64,000 nt of DNA, from the NCBI RefSeq assembly GCF_902713615.1, contig NC_052158.1, positions 17,790,546 through 17,854,545 on the forward strand, written 5' to 3'. The first letter of the stretch is position 1. Every line of letters begins with the position of its first letter. A program made the translations under genes and the position numbers. The stretch comes from Scyliorhinus canicula (Eukaryota). Below, piece by piece: positions 1 to 13,229 of this stretch. The notes beneath the pieces were generated by a model. That model was not told the DNA's origin. It ran no database searches and saw only the letters and a program-made list of their open reading frames with translations.

Positions 1-1375
1 TCCCTAAATCTACTTCCCCTTATTTTGAGGCTATATCCCCTAGTTCTGCTTTCACCCGCCAGTGGAAACAACCTGCCCGCATCTATCCTATCTATTCCCT
101 TCATAAAATTCAAATGTTTCTATAAGATCCCCCCTCATCCTTCTAAATTCCAACGAGTACAGTCCCAGTCTACTCAACCTCTCCTCATATTCCAACCCCT
201 TCAGCTCTGGGATTAACCTAGTGAATCTCCTCTGCACACCCTCCAGTGCCAGTATTTCCTTTCTCAAGTAAGGAGACCAAAACTGAACACAATACTCCAG
301 GTGTGGCCTCACTAACACATTATACAATTGCAACATAACCTCCCTAGTCTTAAACTCCATCCCTCTAGCAATGAAGGACAACATTCCATTTGCCTTCTTA
401 ATCACTTGTTGCACCTGTCAACTAACTTTCTGTGACTCATGCACTAGCACACCCAGGTCTCTCTGCACAGCGGCATGCTATAATATTTTATCATTTAAAT
501 AATAATCCCGTTTTCTGTTATTCCTACCAAAATGGATAACCTCACATTTTTCAAAATTGTATTCCATCTGCCAGACCCTAGCCCATTCACTCAACCTATC
601 CAAATCCCTCTGCAGACTTCCAGTATGCTCTGCACTTTTCGCTTACCACTCATCTTAGTGTCATCTGCAAACTTGGACACATTGCCCTTGGTCCCCAACT
701 CCAAATCATCTATGTAAATTGTGAACAATTGTGGGCCCAACACGGATTCCTGAGGGACACCACTAGCTCCTGATTGCCAACCAGAGAAACACCCATTAAT
801 TCCCACTCTTTGCTTTCTATTAATTAACCAATCCTCTATCCATGCTACTACTTTACCCTTAATGCCATGCATCTTTATCTTATGCAGCAACCTTTTGTGT
901 GGCACCTTGTCAAAGGTTTTCTGGAAATCCAGATATACCACATCCATTGGCTCACCGTTATATACTGCACTGGTAATGTCCTCAAAAAATTCCACTAAAT
1001 TAGTTAGGCACGACCTGCCCTTTATGAACCTATGCTGCGTCTGCCCAGTGGAACAATTTCTATCCAAATGCCTCGCTATTTCTTCCTTGATGATAGATTC
1101 CAGCATCTTCCACTACTGAAGTTAAGCTCACTGGCCTATAATTACCTGGTCTCTGCCTGCCTCCTTTTTTAAACAGTGGTGTCACGTTTGCTAATTTCCA
1201 ATCCACCGGGACCACCCCAGAGTCTAGTGAATTTTGGTAAATCATCATTAGTGCATCTGCAATTTCCCTAGCCATCTCTTTTAGCACTCTGGGATGCATT
1301 CCATCAGGGCCAGGAGACTTGTCTACCTTTAGCCCCATTTGCTTGCCCATCACTACCTCCTTAGTGATAACAAGA
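1..1375 (-). mobile_element. CR1-clade LINE, degenerate ORF2 reverse-transcriptase fragment
   Basis: Minus-strand ORFs 1060-1392, 591-1106 and 88-414 carry CR1 RT motifs in broken frames (KSPGPDG, NYRPVSLTS, SCLTNL, DFQKTFDKV, SGVPQ.SVLGP, KFADDTK, RPHLEYCVQFWSP). Confidence 0.93.
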
Positions 1376-1406
1376 TGGACTGGGGTGGGCACAGTAAGGA
1401 GTCCAC

Positions 1407-1507
1407 AACACCAGGTTAATGTCTAACAGGTTTATTTCAAATCACAAGCTTTCAGAGTGCTGATCGAGGTCATTTCAAGCAAACCTGTTGGTCTTTAACC
1501 TGGTGTT
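1407..1507. repeat. Short imperfect inverted repeat (TE-terminal remnant)
   Basis: AACACCAGGTTAATGTCTAACAGGTTT (~1407-1433) is the near reverse complement of AAACCTGTTGGTCTTTAACCTGGTGTT (1481-1507). Confidence 0.6.
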
Positions 1508-1904
1508 CTCTGATCGTGTTTTTGGGATCCTTAAGGGGGAGGGGGAGCAGCCCCAAGTCGTGGTCCACATAGGTACCAACGACATAGGTAGGAAGAGAGA
1601 TGGGGATTTGAGACAGAAATTTAGGGAGCTAGGGTGGAAGCTGAGAGCTAGAACAAACAGAGTTGTTATCTCTGGGTTGTTACCCGTGCCACGTGCTAGT
1701 GAAGTGAGAAATAAGGAGAGAGAGGAGTTGAACATGTGGCTACAGGGATGGTGCAGGAGGGAGGGTTTTGGTTTCCTGGATAATTGGGGCTCATTCTGGG
1801 ATAGGTGGGACCTCTACAAACAGGATGGTCTTCACCTGAACCAGAGGGGTACCAATATTCTGGGGGGGAGATTTGCTAGTGCTCTTCGGGGGGGTTTAAA
1901 CTAA
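1508..1904 (+). pseudogene. CR1 ORF1 C-terminal SGNH/GDSL esterase domain (5'-truncated)
   Basis: VVVHIGTNDI and DGLHLNQRG motifs are typical of the SGNH esterase found in CR1/L2 ORF1p. Confidence 0.85.
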
Positions 1905-2020
1905 TTCAGCAGGGGGATGGGAACCTAAATTGTAGTCCCAGTGTACAGGATGTTGAGAGTAGTGAGGTCAGGGATAGGGTTAAAAGTTCAAAAGAGGGCA
2001 CCGGCAAGCAGGACGCTGGT

Positions 2021-4786
2021 TTGAAGTGTGTCTACTTCAACGCCAGGAGCATCCGGAATAAGGTGGGTGAGCTTGCAGCATGGGTTGGTACCTGGGATCT
2101 CGATGTTGTGGCGATTTCGGAGACATGGGTAGAGCAGGGACAGGAATGGTTGTTGCAGGTTCCAGGATTTAGATGTTTCGGTAAGAACAGAGAAGATGGT
2201 AAAAGAGGGGGGGGGTGTGGCATTGTTAATCAAGGAAAGTATTACGGCGGTAGAAAGGACGCTTGAGGACTCGTCTACTGAGGTAGTATGGGCCGAGGTT
2301 AGGAACAGTAGAGGAGAGGTCACCCTGTTGGGAGTTGTCTATAGACCTCCGAATAGTACCAGAGATGTAGAGGAAAGGATTGCAAAGATGATTCTCGACA
2401 GGAGTGAGAGTAACAGGGTAGTTGTTATGGGGGACTTTAACTTTCCAAATATTGACTGGAATACTATAGTTCGAGTACTATAGATGGGTCAGTTTTTGTG
2501 CAGTGTGTGCAGGAGGGTTTTCTGACACAGTATGTAGACAGGCCAACAAGGGGCGAGGCCACATTGGATTTGGTACTGGGTAATGAACCCGGCCAGGTGT
2601 TAGATTTAGATGTAGGTGAGCACTTTGGTGATAGTGATCACAACTCGGTTATGTTTACTTTAGCAATGGGCAGGGATAGGTATATACCGCAAGGCAAGAA
2701 TTATAGCTGGGGGAAAGGCAATTATGATGCTATTCGGCAAGATTTAGGATGTATAGGATGGGGAAGGAAACTGCAGGGGATGGGTACAATCGAAATGTGG
2801 AGCTTTTTCAAGGAACAGCTACTGCGTGTCCTTGATAAGTATGTACCTGTCAGGCAGGGAGGAAGTTGTCGAGCAAGGGAACCGTGGTTTACTAAGGAAG
2901 TTGAAGCACTTGTCAAGAGGAAGAAGAAGGCTTATGTTCGGATGAGACATGAAGGCTCAGTTAGGGCACTTGAGAGTTACAAGTTAGCCAGGAAGGACCT
3001 AAAGGGAGGGTTAAGAAGAGCGAGGAGAGGACACGAAAAGTCGTTGCCGGATAGGATCAAGGAAAACCCTAAGGCTTTCTATAGGTATATCAGGAACAAA
3101 AGAATGACTAGAGTAAGATTAGGACCAATCAAGGATAGTAGTGGAAAGTTGTGTGTGGAATCAGAGGAGATAGGGGAAGCGTTAAATGGATATTTTTCGT
3201 CAGTGTTTACACTGGAGAAAGACAATGTTGTCGAGGAGAACACTCAGGTTCAGTCGACCAGGCTAGATGGAATTGAGGTTCAAAAGGAGGAGGTGTTAGC
3301 AATTTTGGAAAATGTCAAAATAGATAAGTCCCCTGGGCCAGATGGGATTTATCCTAGGATTCTCTGGGAAGCCAGGGAGGAGATTGCAGAGCCTTTGTCC
3401 TTGATCTTTACGTCGTCTTTGTCGACAGGAATAGTGCCGGAAGACTGGAGGATAGCAAATGTTGTCCCCTTGTTCAAGAAGGGGAGTAGAGACAACCCTG
3501 GTAATTATAGACCTGTGAGCCTTACTTTGGTTGTGGGTAAAATGTTGGAAAAGGTTATAAGAGATAGGGTTTACAATCATCTTGAAAAGAACAAGTTGAT
3601 TAGCGATAGTCAACACGATTTTGTGAAGGGTAGGTCATGCCTCACAAACCTTATTGAGTTTTTTGAGAAGGTGACCAAACAGGTGGATCAGGGTAAAGCT
3701 GTTGATGTGGTGTATATGGATTTCAGTAAGGCGTTTGATAAGGTTTCCCACGGTAGGCTATTGCAGAAAATAAGGAAGTATGGAATTGAAGGTGATTTAG
3801 CGGTTTGGATCAGTAATTGGCTAGCTGAAAGAAGACAGAGGGTGGTGGTTGATGGCAAATGTTCATCCTGGAGTTCAGTTACTAGTGGTGTACCGCAAGG
3901 ATCTGTTTTGGGGCCACTGCTGTTTGTCATTTTTATAAATGACCTGGAAGAGGGTGTAGAAGGATGGGTTAGTAAATTTGCAGATGACACGAAGGTCGGT
4001 GGAGTTGTGGATAATACTGAAGGATGTTATAGGATACAGAGGGACATAGATAAGCTGCAGAGCTGGGCTGAGTGGTGGCAGATGGAGTTTAATGCGGAAA
4101 AGTGTGAGGTGGTTCACTTTGGAAGGAGTAACAGGAATGCAGAGTACTGGGCTAATGGCAAGATTCTTGGTAGTGTCGATGAACAGAGAGATCTCGGCAT
4201 CCAGGTACATAAATCCCTGAAAGTTGCCACCCAGGTTAATAGGGCTGTTAAGAAGGCATATGGTGTGCTAGCCTTTAGAAGCAGGGGGGTTGAGTTTCGG
4301 AACCACAAGGTCATGCTGCAGCTGTACATAACTCTGGTGCGGCCGCACCTGGAGTACTGCGTGCAGTTCTGGTCACCACATTATAGGAAGGATGTGGAAG
4401 CTTTGGAAAGGGTTCAGAGGAGATTTACTAGGATGTTGCCTGGTATGGAGGGAAGGTCTTACGAGGAAAGGCTCAGGAAATTGAGGTTGTTTTCATTAGA
4501 GAGGAGAAGGCTGAGAGGTGACTTAATAGAGACATATAAGATAGTCAGAGGGTTAGATAGGGTGGACAGTGAGAGTCTTTTTCCTCGGATGGTGATGACC
4601 AACACGAGGGGACATAGCTTTAAATTGAGGGGTGATAGATATAGGACAGATGTCAGAGGCAGTTTCTTTACTCAGAGAGTAGTAGGGGTGTGGAACGCCC
4701 TGCCTGCAATAGTAGTAGACTCGCCAACTTTAAGGGCATTTAAGTGGTCACTGGATAGACATATGGATGAAAATGGAATAGTGTAG
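2021..4786 (+). pseudogene. CR1 ORF2, AP endonuclease plus reverse transcriptase, two frameshifts (~2210 G-run, ~2460)
   Basis: YFNARSI, ISETW, YRPP, MGDFNFP and SDHN endonuclease motifs; 762-aa open stretch 2498-4786 with [10 protein letters not shown] and FADD. Confidence 0.92.
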
Positions 4787-5106
4787 GTCAGATAGGCTTC
4801 AGATGGTTTCACAGGTCGGCGCAACATCGAGGGCCGAAGGGCCCATACTGCGCTGTAGTGTTCTATGTTCTATGTTCTATGGTGTTTGAAGAAATTCAAG
4901 AGCACCTCCCTTCTTTGTGTTGAGGATGTGGTTGGGGTGGGGGAGATTTGCAGGGGAGGGAACTGTTTTAAAGACTGGTGTGGTTCACAGAGAAAAGGAA
5001 ATAATGTTATAAATCTGACTTTATAAAAGTAAAAAAGGCTCCAGACACAATAAAGGGGTTAGTTTGATTTAGTTACAAAGTTCCTGACACTGAGTGTGTC
5101 ACTGAT

Positions 5107-5160
5107 CACGTGAAGTGAAATCCAGGAAGTGGAACGCTGAACAGGAATTGAAAGTGAAAG
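5107..5160 (+). promoter_or_regulatory. Proximal motif cluster of TRIM copy 1: E-box, IRF-like site, ETS site, ISRE/IRF-E
   Basis: CACGTG 5107-5112, AAGTGAAA 5113-5120, CAGGAAGT 5123-5130, GAAAGTGAAAG 5150-5160, all within 95 bp of the ATG. Motif match only. Confidence 0.55.
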
Positions 5161-6318
5161 AGCTGGAACAGGGAAGGAGAGAGAGACTCTGGGCACTGAG
5201 ATGGCATCTCCAGATCTCACACAGGAACTAACCTGTCCCATCTGTCTGGAGATATTCACCCACCCGGTGTTTCTGGAATGTGGGCATCATTTCTGCAGCT
5301 CCTGCATCTCCCAGAGTTGGCAGAAGGTCCCGGGAGATGTTTCCTGCCCCCAGTGTCGACAGGTCTTCACCCAGAGGAACGTCAGGCCCGCTCGGACCCT
5401 CATTAACATCGTGGAGAAGGTTAGAGAGGTGAAGGTGAAGGTGACACAGCCACAGGAGGAGTTTTACTGTCAGGAACACGAGGAGAAGCTGAAACTCTTC
5501 TGCGAAGATGAACACAAAGCGATCTGTCTGGTGTGTGGGATGTCCAGAGCTCATAAGACGCACAGTGTGATCCCAATAAAGGAGGCAGCCCAGATCTTCA
5601 AGGTACTGGATCACTGCTCCTGCCACAGGTAGATGGGGAAGAGGGACAGGGTGTAAGTCACAGAGAGAGAGAGTGTTTGTAGAATGTGGGGAGGGGAAGA
5701 GAGAGCGGGAGAGACAGGGATAGGGAAGGGGAGAGGGATGTTGAAAGAGGAGAGGGTTGGAGCGAGTAGAGGATTGATTGAGGAGGGGAATTAACCTGGA
5801 GGAGGATAATTGCAACAAACAGAATTAATCCACAGCTTCTACTTTGTTTATTGAGTGTAATCAATCCTGAGAATATCTCCTTCTCTACCTCACTGGCCTC
5901 ACTCTATTTAAACACAGCAAACTCCCCCAGAAGGTGACAATGATTGTTTCCTTTGACAAACCCATTTGTGTCCTTTCTGTCTCAGAACAAGTTAGAAACA
6001 TCATTGGAAACTCTGCAGAAGCAAATGGACCTCAGTCTTCACAGTAAAAGAGAACGAGAGGATGGATTTTCCACATGAAGGTAGGAGAGTGTCCTTTAGG
6101 CTTTGTGTAAACTTCCCTGTGTTTGTTATTCAGAGTGAGTGAGCTTCTCACACAGTCAGAGAGAGAGTTTTACTGAATAAAATCCAAAGTACACTGCGGG
6201 CTTCTCCCTGAACTGCAATATAAGGGACCGTCTGTAAATTGCAGATTATTATAACAATGTTTAACTGTATTATTTTCTCTCTCAAGCCAATCCCATCGAT
6301 TGATGAAATAAATCATGT

Positions 6319-7710
6319 GTGTAACTCACTCCCGGGGATCCATTATTCTATATATGAACCATCGATTAGAATCCCCTCGATTAGATTCCAGTCTGTAACT
6401 CACTCCCGGGGATCCATTATTCTATATATGAACCATCGATTAGAATCCCCTCGATTAGATTCCAGTCTGTAACTCACTCCCAGGAATCCATTATTCTATA
6501 TATAAACCATCTCAACCCCTCGATTAGATTCCAGTCTGTAACTCACTCCCAGGTATCCATTATTCTATATATAAACCATCTCAACCCCTCAATACGATTC
6601 CAGTCTGTAACTCACTCCCAGGTATCCATTATTCTATATATAAACCATCTGAACCCCTCGATTAGATTCCAGTCTGTAACTCACTCCCAGGTATCCATTA
6701 TTCTATATATAAACCATATGAATCCCTCGATTCGATTCCAGTCTGTAACTCACTCCCAGGTATCCATTATTCTATATATAAACCATCTCAACCCCTCGAT
6801 TCGATTCCAGTCTGTAACTCACTCCCAGGTATCCATTATTCTATATAAAAACCATCTATACCCCTCGATTAGATTCCAGTCTGTAACTCACTCCCAGGTA
6901 TCCATTATTCTATTTTTAAACCATCTCAACTCCTCGATTCGATTCCAGTCTGTAACTCACTCCCAGGTATCCATTATTCTATATATAAACCATCTGAACC
7001 CCTCGATTAGATTCCAGTCTGTAACTCACTCCCAGATATCCATTATTCTATATATAAACCATCTGAACCCCTCGATTAGATTCCAGTCTGTAACTCACTC
7101 CCAGGTATACATTATTCTATATATAAACAATCTCAACCCCTCGATTCGATTCCAGTCTGTAACTCACTCCCAGGTATCCATTATTCTATATATAAACCAT
7201 CTCAACCCCTCGATTCGATTCCAGTCTGTAACTCACTCCCAGGTATCCATTATTCTATATAAAAACCATCTATACCCCTCGATTAGATTCCAGTCTGTAA
7301 CTCACTCCCAGGTATCCATTATTCTATATATAAACCATCTGAACCCCTCGATTCGATTCCAGTCTGTAACTCACTCCCAGGTATCCATTATTCTATATAT
7401 AAACCATCTCAACCCCTCGATTCGATTCCAGTCTGTAACTCACTCCCAGGTATCCATTATTCTATATATAACCCATCTATACCCCTCGATTAGATTCCAG
7501 TCTGTAACTCACTCCCAGGTATCCATTATTCTATATATAAACCATCTATACCCCTCGATTAGATTCCAGTGTGCAACTCACTCCCAGGTATCCATTATTC
7601 TATATATAATCCATCTGAACTTCTCGATTAGATCCAGTCTGTAACTCACCCCCAGGCATCCATTATTCTATATATAAACCATCTGCATTCCGCGATTAGA
7701 TTCCACTCAG
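6319..7710 (+). repeat. 69-bp minisatellite, ~20 units, intron 2 of copy 1
   Basis: Unit TCTGTAACTCACTCCCAGGTATCCATTATTCTATATATAAACCATCTGAACCCCTCGATTAGATTCCAG repeated in tandem. Confidence 0.95.
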
Positions 7711-9289
7711 TGACTCAGTCCTTGATGCCTATTATTTAATAATAAACTATTGGAATCACTATATCATGTTTGTAACTCAGTCCCACATAGCTAAAGTTCC
7801 ATCAAACTGTTCAGCAGACAGTGGAGCTGATATTGTTTGTTATCCTTGCTGGATATAAATTTTTATCCCTATATCCCAGTGGACAGAGACCATGGAGACT
7901 GGGATTATAAACGTTGTTTATTCCGTTCTGTCTTCAATCTGCTCCAGGCTGAAGTTGACAGACTGAGAAATGAAATCAACAGTGAATTTGAAAAGATGCA
8001 CAAGTTCCTGTTTGAGAAGGAGGAGCTGATGAAAGCAGAGTTGGAGAGAAAAAGCAATAAAATATTCGAGGAAATGGAGAACAATTTAACCAAAACCATG
8101 GATGAAATCTCTTCTCTTGAAGCAGCAATAAGAGATCTTAAATCGAGGCTGGAGGTACAACTGGCCCCAGAGTTCCTCAAGGTACAAAATCTCTTTGTCT
8201 TGTCCAGTGAAACATTCCAGAGACGGAGGGCAGGCACTCTGACCTTTAACCTCTGGGTTTGGATTTAGGCCTCAGTCTGATTGGTTGGATGATTGTCTCT
8301 TTGTGCTGTCAGTAAGGGTCCAATGGGAAATGAGGTGAGATAATCTCAGTGTAATTCCTATACACAGCGTAACCACGGCGCTGATTGATGATTGGACTCC
8401 GAGAGAGATGGGCTGGGAACTGGAGATGTTTACACTGCTGCAGATGGAGTTCTACTGAGATCTGCTGAGGACTGGGTTAAAGTGCATTATTGCAGGGGTA
8501 GATGGAGCTATGGTTAGAGAGATAAGAATGGGAGCGGGTGAGGGTAGAACGCCCAGCTGGACAACAGTGGAGAGGAGATGGAGGAGGATGGCTGTGATTG
8601 ACCAGTGTCAAAGGCTGCAGGCAGACCGAGAATAATGAGGAGGGAAAGTTTGTAAGGATGGGTTTTTTGGGGAGAGGGGTGAAGATGTAGATTTAAATGA
8701 GAGAGAGAGAGACAACACCTGAAGAGATTAAACAGTTTCCAATCCCAGCTAACATGGGGGCCAGGAGCGGAGGTTGGGAGATCAGTAGTTTTGGGAATAG
8801 GATGGAGGGGACAGGAAGTGGGTCTTATGGACAAGATGAGCTCCGAAGAGGGAATGAAAGGAAAAAGTAAAAGTTATTTTCTAATTGAAATCTTGGTCTC
8901 TCAATTTATACTCGAGATTTACAACAAGAATTCTTTAATCTGACTCGATCATATCTATTCTGTTCCTTTCCCCTCAGGATATTCAAGACCTGTTGATGAG
9001 GTAAGCAGATATAAAGAAACAGTTTTGTGATGTGATCACTGCTGTCTCTCTAACACACACTGATTTCCAGTACCTGTTTTTACAGGAGTCAGATGGAGTT
9101 TCACAAGCCTGGAACTGTCTCCACTCAGTTACCTGTGGCTATCGCTGGTGAACCATTCAAATACATCAAAGTGTGGAGGGAAATGAGAGCAGTGATTTCA
9201 CCAGGTATCATTCTCTGTATATTACTGTCTCCCTGCTGTTATCCACGTGATTAATGAGGTTTAGACACACTGATGAAATGATCAGAAGA

Positions 9290-10440
9290 TCAGAAGGAAT
9301 AAGAACAGGAGTGGTCCAGCCCAGTGAACCGGCTCTTATTTTTGATCAGATCATGTCTGATCTAATTGGGGCCTTTACTCCACTTTCCTGCCTGTCCCAG
9401 ATGACCCTTAACCCCCTTGTTGATGAACAATTATGGAACTCGGTCATGAATCAATGACCCAGCCTCTGCTGCTCTCTGTGGTACAGAATTCCAAAGACTA
9501 ATATCCCTCTCCGAGAAGGAATTCCTCCTCATCTCTGTCTTCAATAGAGGCCCCTTCATTGTATGCTGTGTCACCTACACCTCGATTGGACCCAGAGATC
9601 AAATCGTCCTCCCAGCATCTACCCTGGTGAAGGAATCCCCTCAGAATGTTATGTTTCAATAAGATAACCTCTTATTCTTCTAAACTCCAGTGAGTACAGA
9701 CCCAACCAGCTCAACCTTTCCTCATAAGTCAATCCCTTCATCCCAGGAATCAGCCCAGTGAACCTTCTCTGAACTCTGTCCAATGAGAGTGTCTCCCTCC
9801 TGATGTAAGGAGATCAGATCTGAACACAGTACTCAAGCTGCAGTCTCACCAATCCCCTGTAAAGTTGGAGCAAGTCTTCCCTACTTTACACTCCATCCCT
9901 TTTCCAATTAAGGCCAACATTCCATTTCTTTCCCACATTCCTTGCTGTCCCTGGACACTAACTTTTAGTGATTGATGTACAAGGTCCCCCAGATCCCTCT
10001 GTACTGCAGCATTCTGCTGTCTCTTTCTATTGAAATAATTTGCTGCTTTTCTATTCTTCCTGCCAAGGTGGACAACCTCCCATTTCCCACATTATACTCC
10101 ATCTGCTAAATCTTTGTCCACTCACTTAACCGGTCCTATATCCCTCCGCAGACACTTTGTATCCTCCTCACAACTTCCCGACCTCGCTTTGTGGCATCAG
10201 AACATTTGGCTCCAGCATATTCAGTTTCTTCATCCAATCAGGAATATTGATCATAAATAGTTGTATCCCCATCACTGATCAGTAATCTCGGGAATTTGCA
10301 AAGATTACAACCAATGAATCCACTTTCTCTCCAGCCCCTCCTTTAATATCCTGGGATGCAGGACATCAGGTCCAGGGGACAAGTTGCCTTTAATCCTGTT
10401 AGTTTTGCAGATATTTTTTCTCTGGTGATCATGATTGTTC
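9290..10440 (-). mobile_element. Old degenerate CR1 3' fragment in intron 5 (paralogous copies ~23970-25120, ~36450-37040, ~49370-50520)
   Basis: Decayed RT C-terminal and 3' UTR similarity on the minus strand (paralog ORFs read [29 protein letters not shown]); shared by all four copies. Confidence 0.7.
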
Positions 10441-10681
10441 ACAATTTATCCCTCCTGCTTTTCCCCAACACTGGATGACCCCAGGTGTTGTTCTGTGTAT
10501 GTTGTTGGGTATTTTTCTTTCCCCAGGTAATAGGAAAACATTTATTTAACAATATTTTAACATTTCTGAGGGACTTTGCCAGACCTCAGCACTGAGCACT
10601 GATTGGTCCCCACATGCCCCGTTGCTATGACTGATACTCTTCCCCTCACTCCGTACACCAGTTACCATGACTACATTATAT

Positions 10682-11532
10682 AAGACCATAAGACATAGGA
10701 GTGGAAGTAAGGCCATTCGGCCCATCGAGTCCACTCCACCATTCAATCATGGTTGATTTCAACTCCATTTACCCGCGCTCTCCCCATAGCCCTTAATTCC
10801 TCGAGAAATCAAGAATTTATCAATTTCTGTCTTAAAGACACTCAATGTCCCGGCCTCCACCGCCCTCTGTGGCAATGAATTCCACAGACCTACCACTCTC
10901 TGGCTGAAGAAATTTCTCCTCATCTCTGTTCTAAAGTGACTCCCTTTTATTCTAAGGCTGTGCCCCCGCGTCCTAGTCTCCCCTGCTAATGGAAACAACT
11001 TCCCTACGTCCATCCTATCCAAGCCATTCATTATCTTGTACGTTTCTATTAGATCTCCCCTCAACCTCCTAAACTCCAATGAATATAATCCCACGATCCT
11101 CAGACGTTCATCGTATGTTAGGCCTACCATTCCTGGGATCATCCGTGTGAATCTCCGCTGGACCCGCTCCAGTGCCAGTATGTCCTTCCTGAGGTATGGG
11201 GCCCAAAATTGCTCACAGTATTCTAAATGGGGCCTAACTAGTGCTTTATAAAGCCTCAGAAGTACATCCCTGCTTTTATATTCCAAGCCTCTTGAGATAA
11301 ATGACAACATTACATTTGCTTTCTTAATTACGGACTCAACCTGCAAGTTTACCTTTAGAGAATCCTGGACTAGGACTCCCAAGTCCCTTTGCACTTTAGC
11401 ATTATGAATTTTGTCACCGTTTAGAAAATAGTCCATGCCTCTATTTTTTTTTCCAAAGTGCAAGACCTCGCACTTGCCCACGTTGAATTCCATCAGCCAC
11501 TTCTTGGACCATTCTCCTAAACTGTCTAAATC
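10682..11532 (-). mobile_element. Young 5'-truncated CR1 insertion specific to copy 1 intron 5
   Basis: Uninterrupted RT C-terminal ORF 10759-11553; TATAT duplication at 10677-10681 and 11533-11537; empty site in copies 2, 3 and 4 (~25345, ~37257, ~50983). Confidence 0.9.
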
Positions 11533-11629
11533 TATATCCCCTTCTGTGGCCAAGGACAGGAACTCCCAACTTAGGCAGACATCACCTTCTGTCTCTCCCT
11601 CAGCACTTTGCCTTGCTGTGAATGGAATT

Positions 11630-12310
11630 CAGTTCAGAGAAGTGTGTGGTTAATGTATTGGGAGGGGGAAGATGTGGCAAGGGAATAGACAATAAGTGGT
11701 AAGATAGTGAGAGGTGTGGAGGAACAGAGGGAGATTTGAATTTATGTCCACAGATTCAGGACAGGTGGATAAGGTGGTGAAGATAACACACCGGATATTT
11801 TCCTGGACTGACCACGGAATAGACAATAAGCGCTGGGAGCTAATGTCAGAACTTTAGAAAACACGTTAGTCCACAGCTAGAGCACTTTGTATCTTTCTGG
11901 TCAGTGTGTTGGAGAAGTTACCGAGGAGATTAATGAGGGTGTTGGCTGGTTCAGAGAACTTGAGTTCTGAGTTATGATTGGATGGATTGGGATTGTTTTC
12001 ATTGGATCAGAGGAGACTGAGGGGAGATTTAATTGAGGTGTATAAAATTAGGAGTGTCCAGATAGAGTGGAAAGGAAATCCCGAGTCCCATTGCCTCGGG
12101 GTCCCTGATCAGAGAGAATAGATACAGGGTTAGAGGGAGGAGGGTTAAAGAGATTATTTTCACTCAGAATGTGGTCTGAATCTGGAACTCACAGCCTGAA
12201 AGGGTGTTGGAGGCAGAAACCCTGGTAACATTTATAAAGTAATCAGATCTGCGCTGAAAGTGCCGTAACCGACTGAGTTACGGAGCAGAAACTGGAAACC
12301 GGGATTGGGC
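11630..12310 (+). mobile_element. Old degenerate CR1 3' fragment in intron 5 (also ~25430-26110, ~37340-38000, ~51065-51735)
   Basis: Decayed RT C-terminus (paralog ORF reads [18 protein letters not shown]). Confidence 0.65.
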
Positions 12311-13229
12311 TGGAGAATTATTTTTCAGCCGAATCTCACAGGTTGGTCTGAAATTGCCTCTTTCTGTGAATCCCAGACTGTTTACATAACAGGAAGTGAC
12401 CATTCGGCCCATTGTGTTCCTGCTAGCTCACCAACTTACCCAGGGTCATCCCTTCACCTTTTTCTCTGTCGCTCTGCAGATTTAAGTTCTTCAGTTAATG
12501 ATTCAATTCCATATGAAAGCTGTGATTGAATCTGATTCCACCACAGTGCATTCCTGATCCTAAACACTCGCTGTGTGAATAGGTTTTCCCTCACGTTAAT
12601 GTGGCTTCTTTTGTCAATCAGTTTAAATTCTGTGTCCTCTGGTTCTCTTCTCTCAGGGGAACCACCTCAGCTTCTCCAATCTGTGTCCGTAACTGAAGTT
12701 CCTCCTCCCAGGAATCATTGTGGTGAATGTTTCCTGCACTCTCTCTAATGCCCTCACATCCTCCCTCAGAGTGTGTTCCCAGATCAGAGTTGAGGGTTAA
12801 CCAGTGTTTATACAGATATAACTTTGTCACTCTATTCTGTGTTAATAAAGCCTAAGATGCTGCATTCTTTATTAACCACTCTCTCTCCTTGTCCTGTCAC
12901 CGCTAATTGTGAAATGATATCCTGTGCATCAAGATTTGGGTCATTAATTTACATCAGGAAAGTCAGAACCCTTTGAATACCAATGTATATCTATCTTCAG
13001 TCTGAACAAGCAACAACTGTCATTCACCCCGTTTCATATCCATGTTGCTACTGTCCTCGTTATTCTGTATATTTTCTATGTTTCTGCCTGTTAGGGTGAC
13101 TGTTCCCCTGTTGCCACGGAGACTAGGGAACATACGAGGAGGTTAAAGAGCAAAACCGTGTATTGAGATATTGAAGTTATTTCTCTGTCATTCAGATGTC
13201 AATTTTCCACCGGGATCACTCCTTCCAGC

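Larger units (their letters stand above)
1508..4879 (+). mobile_element. Young 5'-truncated CR1 LINE (end of esterase ORF1 plus full-length ORF2) inserted upstream of TRIM copy 1
   Basis: TGGTGTT target duplication at 1501-1507 and 4880-4886; (TTCTATG)n 3' tail at ~4861-4880; the empty site is visible upstream of copies 2 and 4 (~20660-20690, ~45595-45625). Confidence 0.93.

Noticed and set aside
1440-1465. Possible Penelope-type hammerhead ribozyme inside the inverted repeat
   Set aside because: Only the GAAAGC half is visible on the minus strand; the CUGANGA core is missing.
5228-5818. ~195-aa antisense ORF over exon 1 in all copies
   Set aside because: Shadow of the coding strand plus a purine-rich intron; conservation is explained by recent duplication.
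6718-7644. 308-aa ORF of 23-aa repeats (also 17222-17830, 34453-34923 and others)
   Set aside because: A by-product of a 69-bp unit (multiple of 3) lacking stops in one frame; intronic, variable in length, present on both strands.
6319-7710. CRISPR-like regular array
   Set aside because: No unique spacers, no cas genes, vertebrate context.
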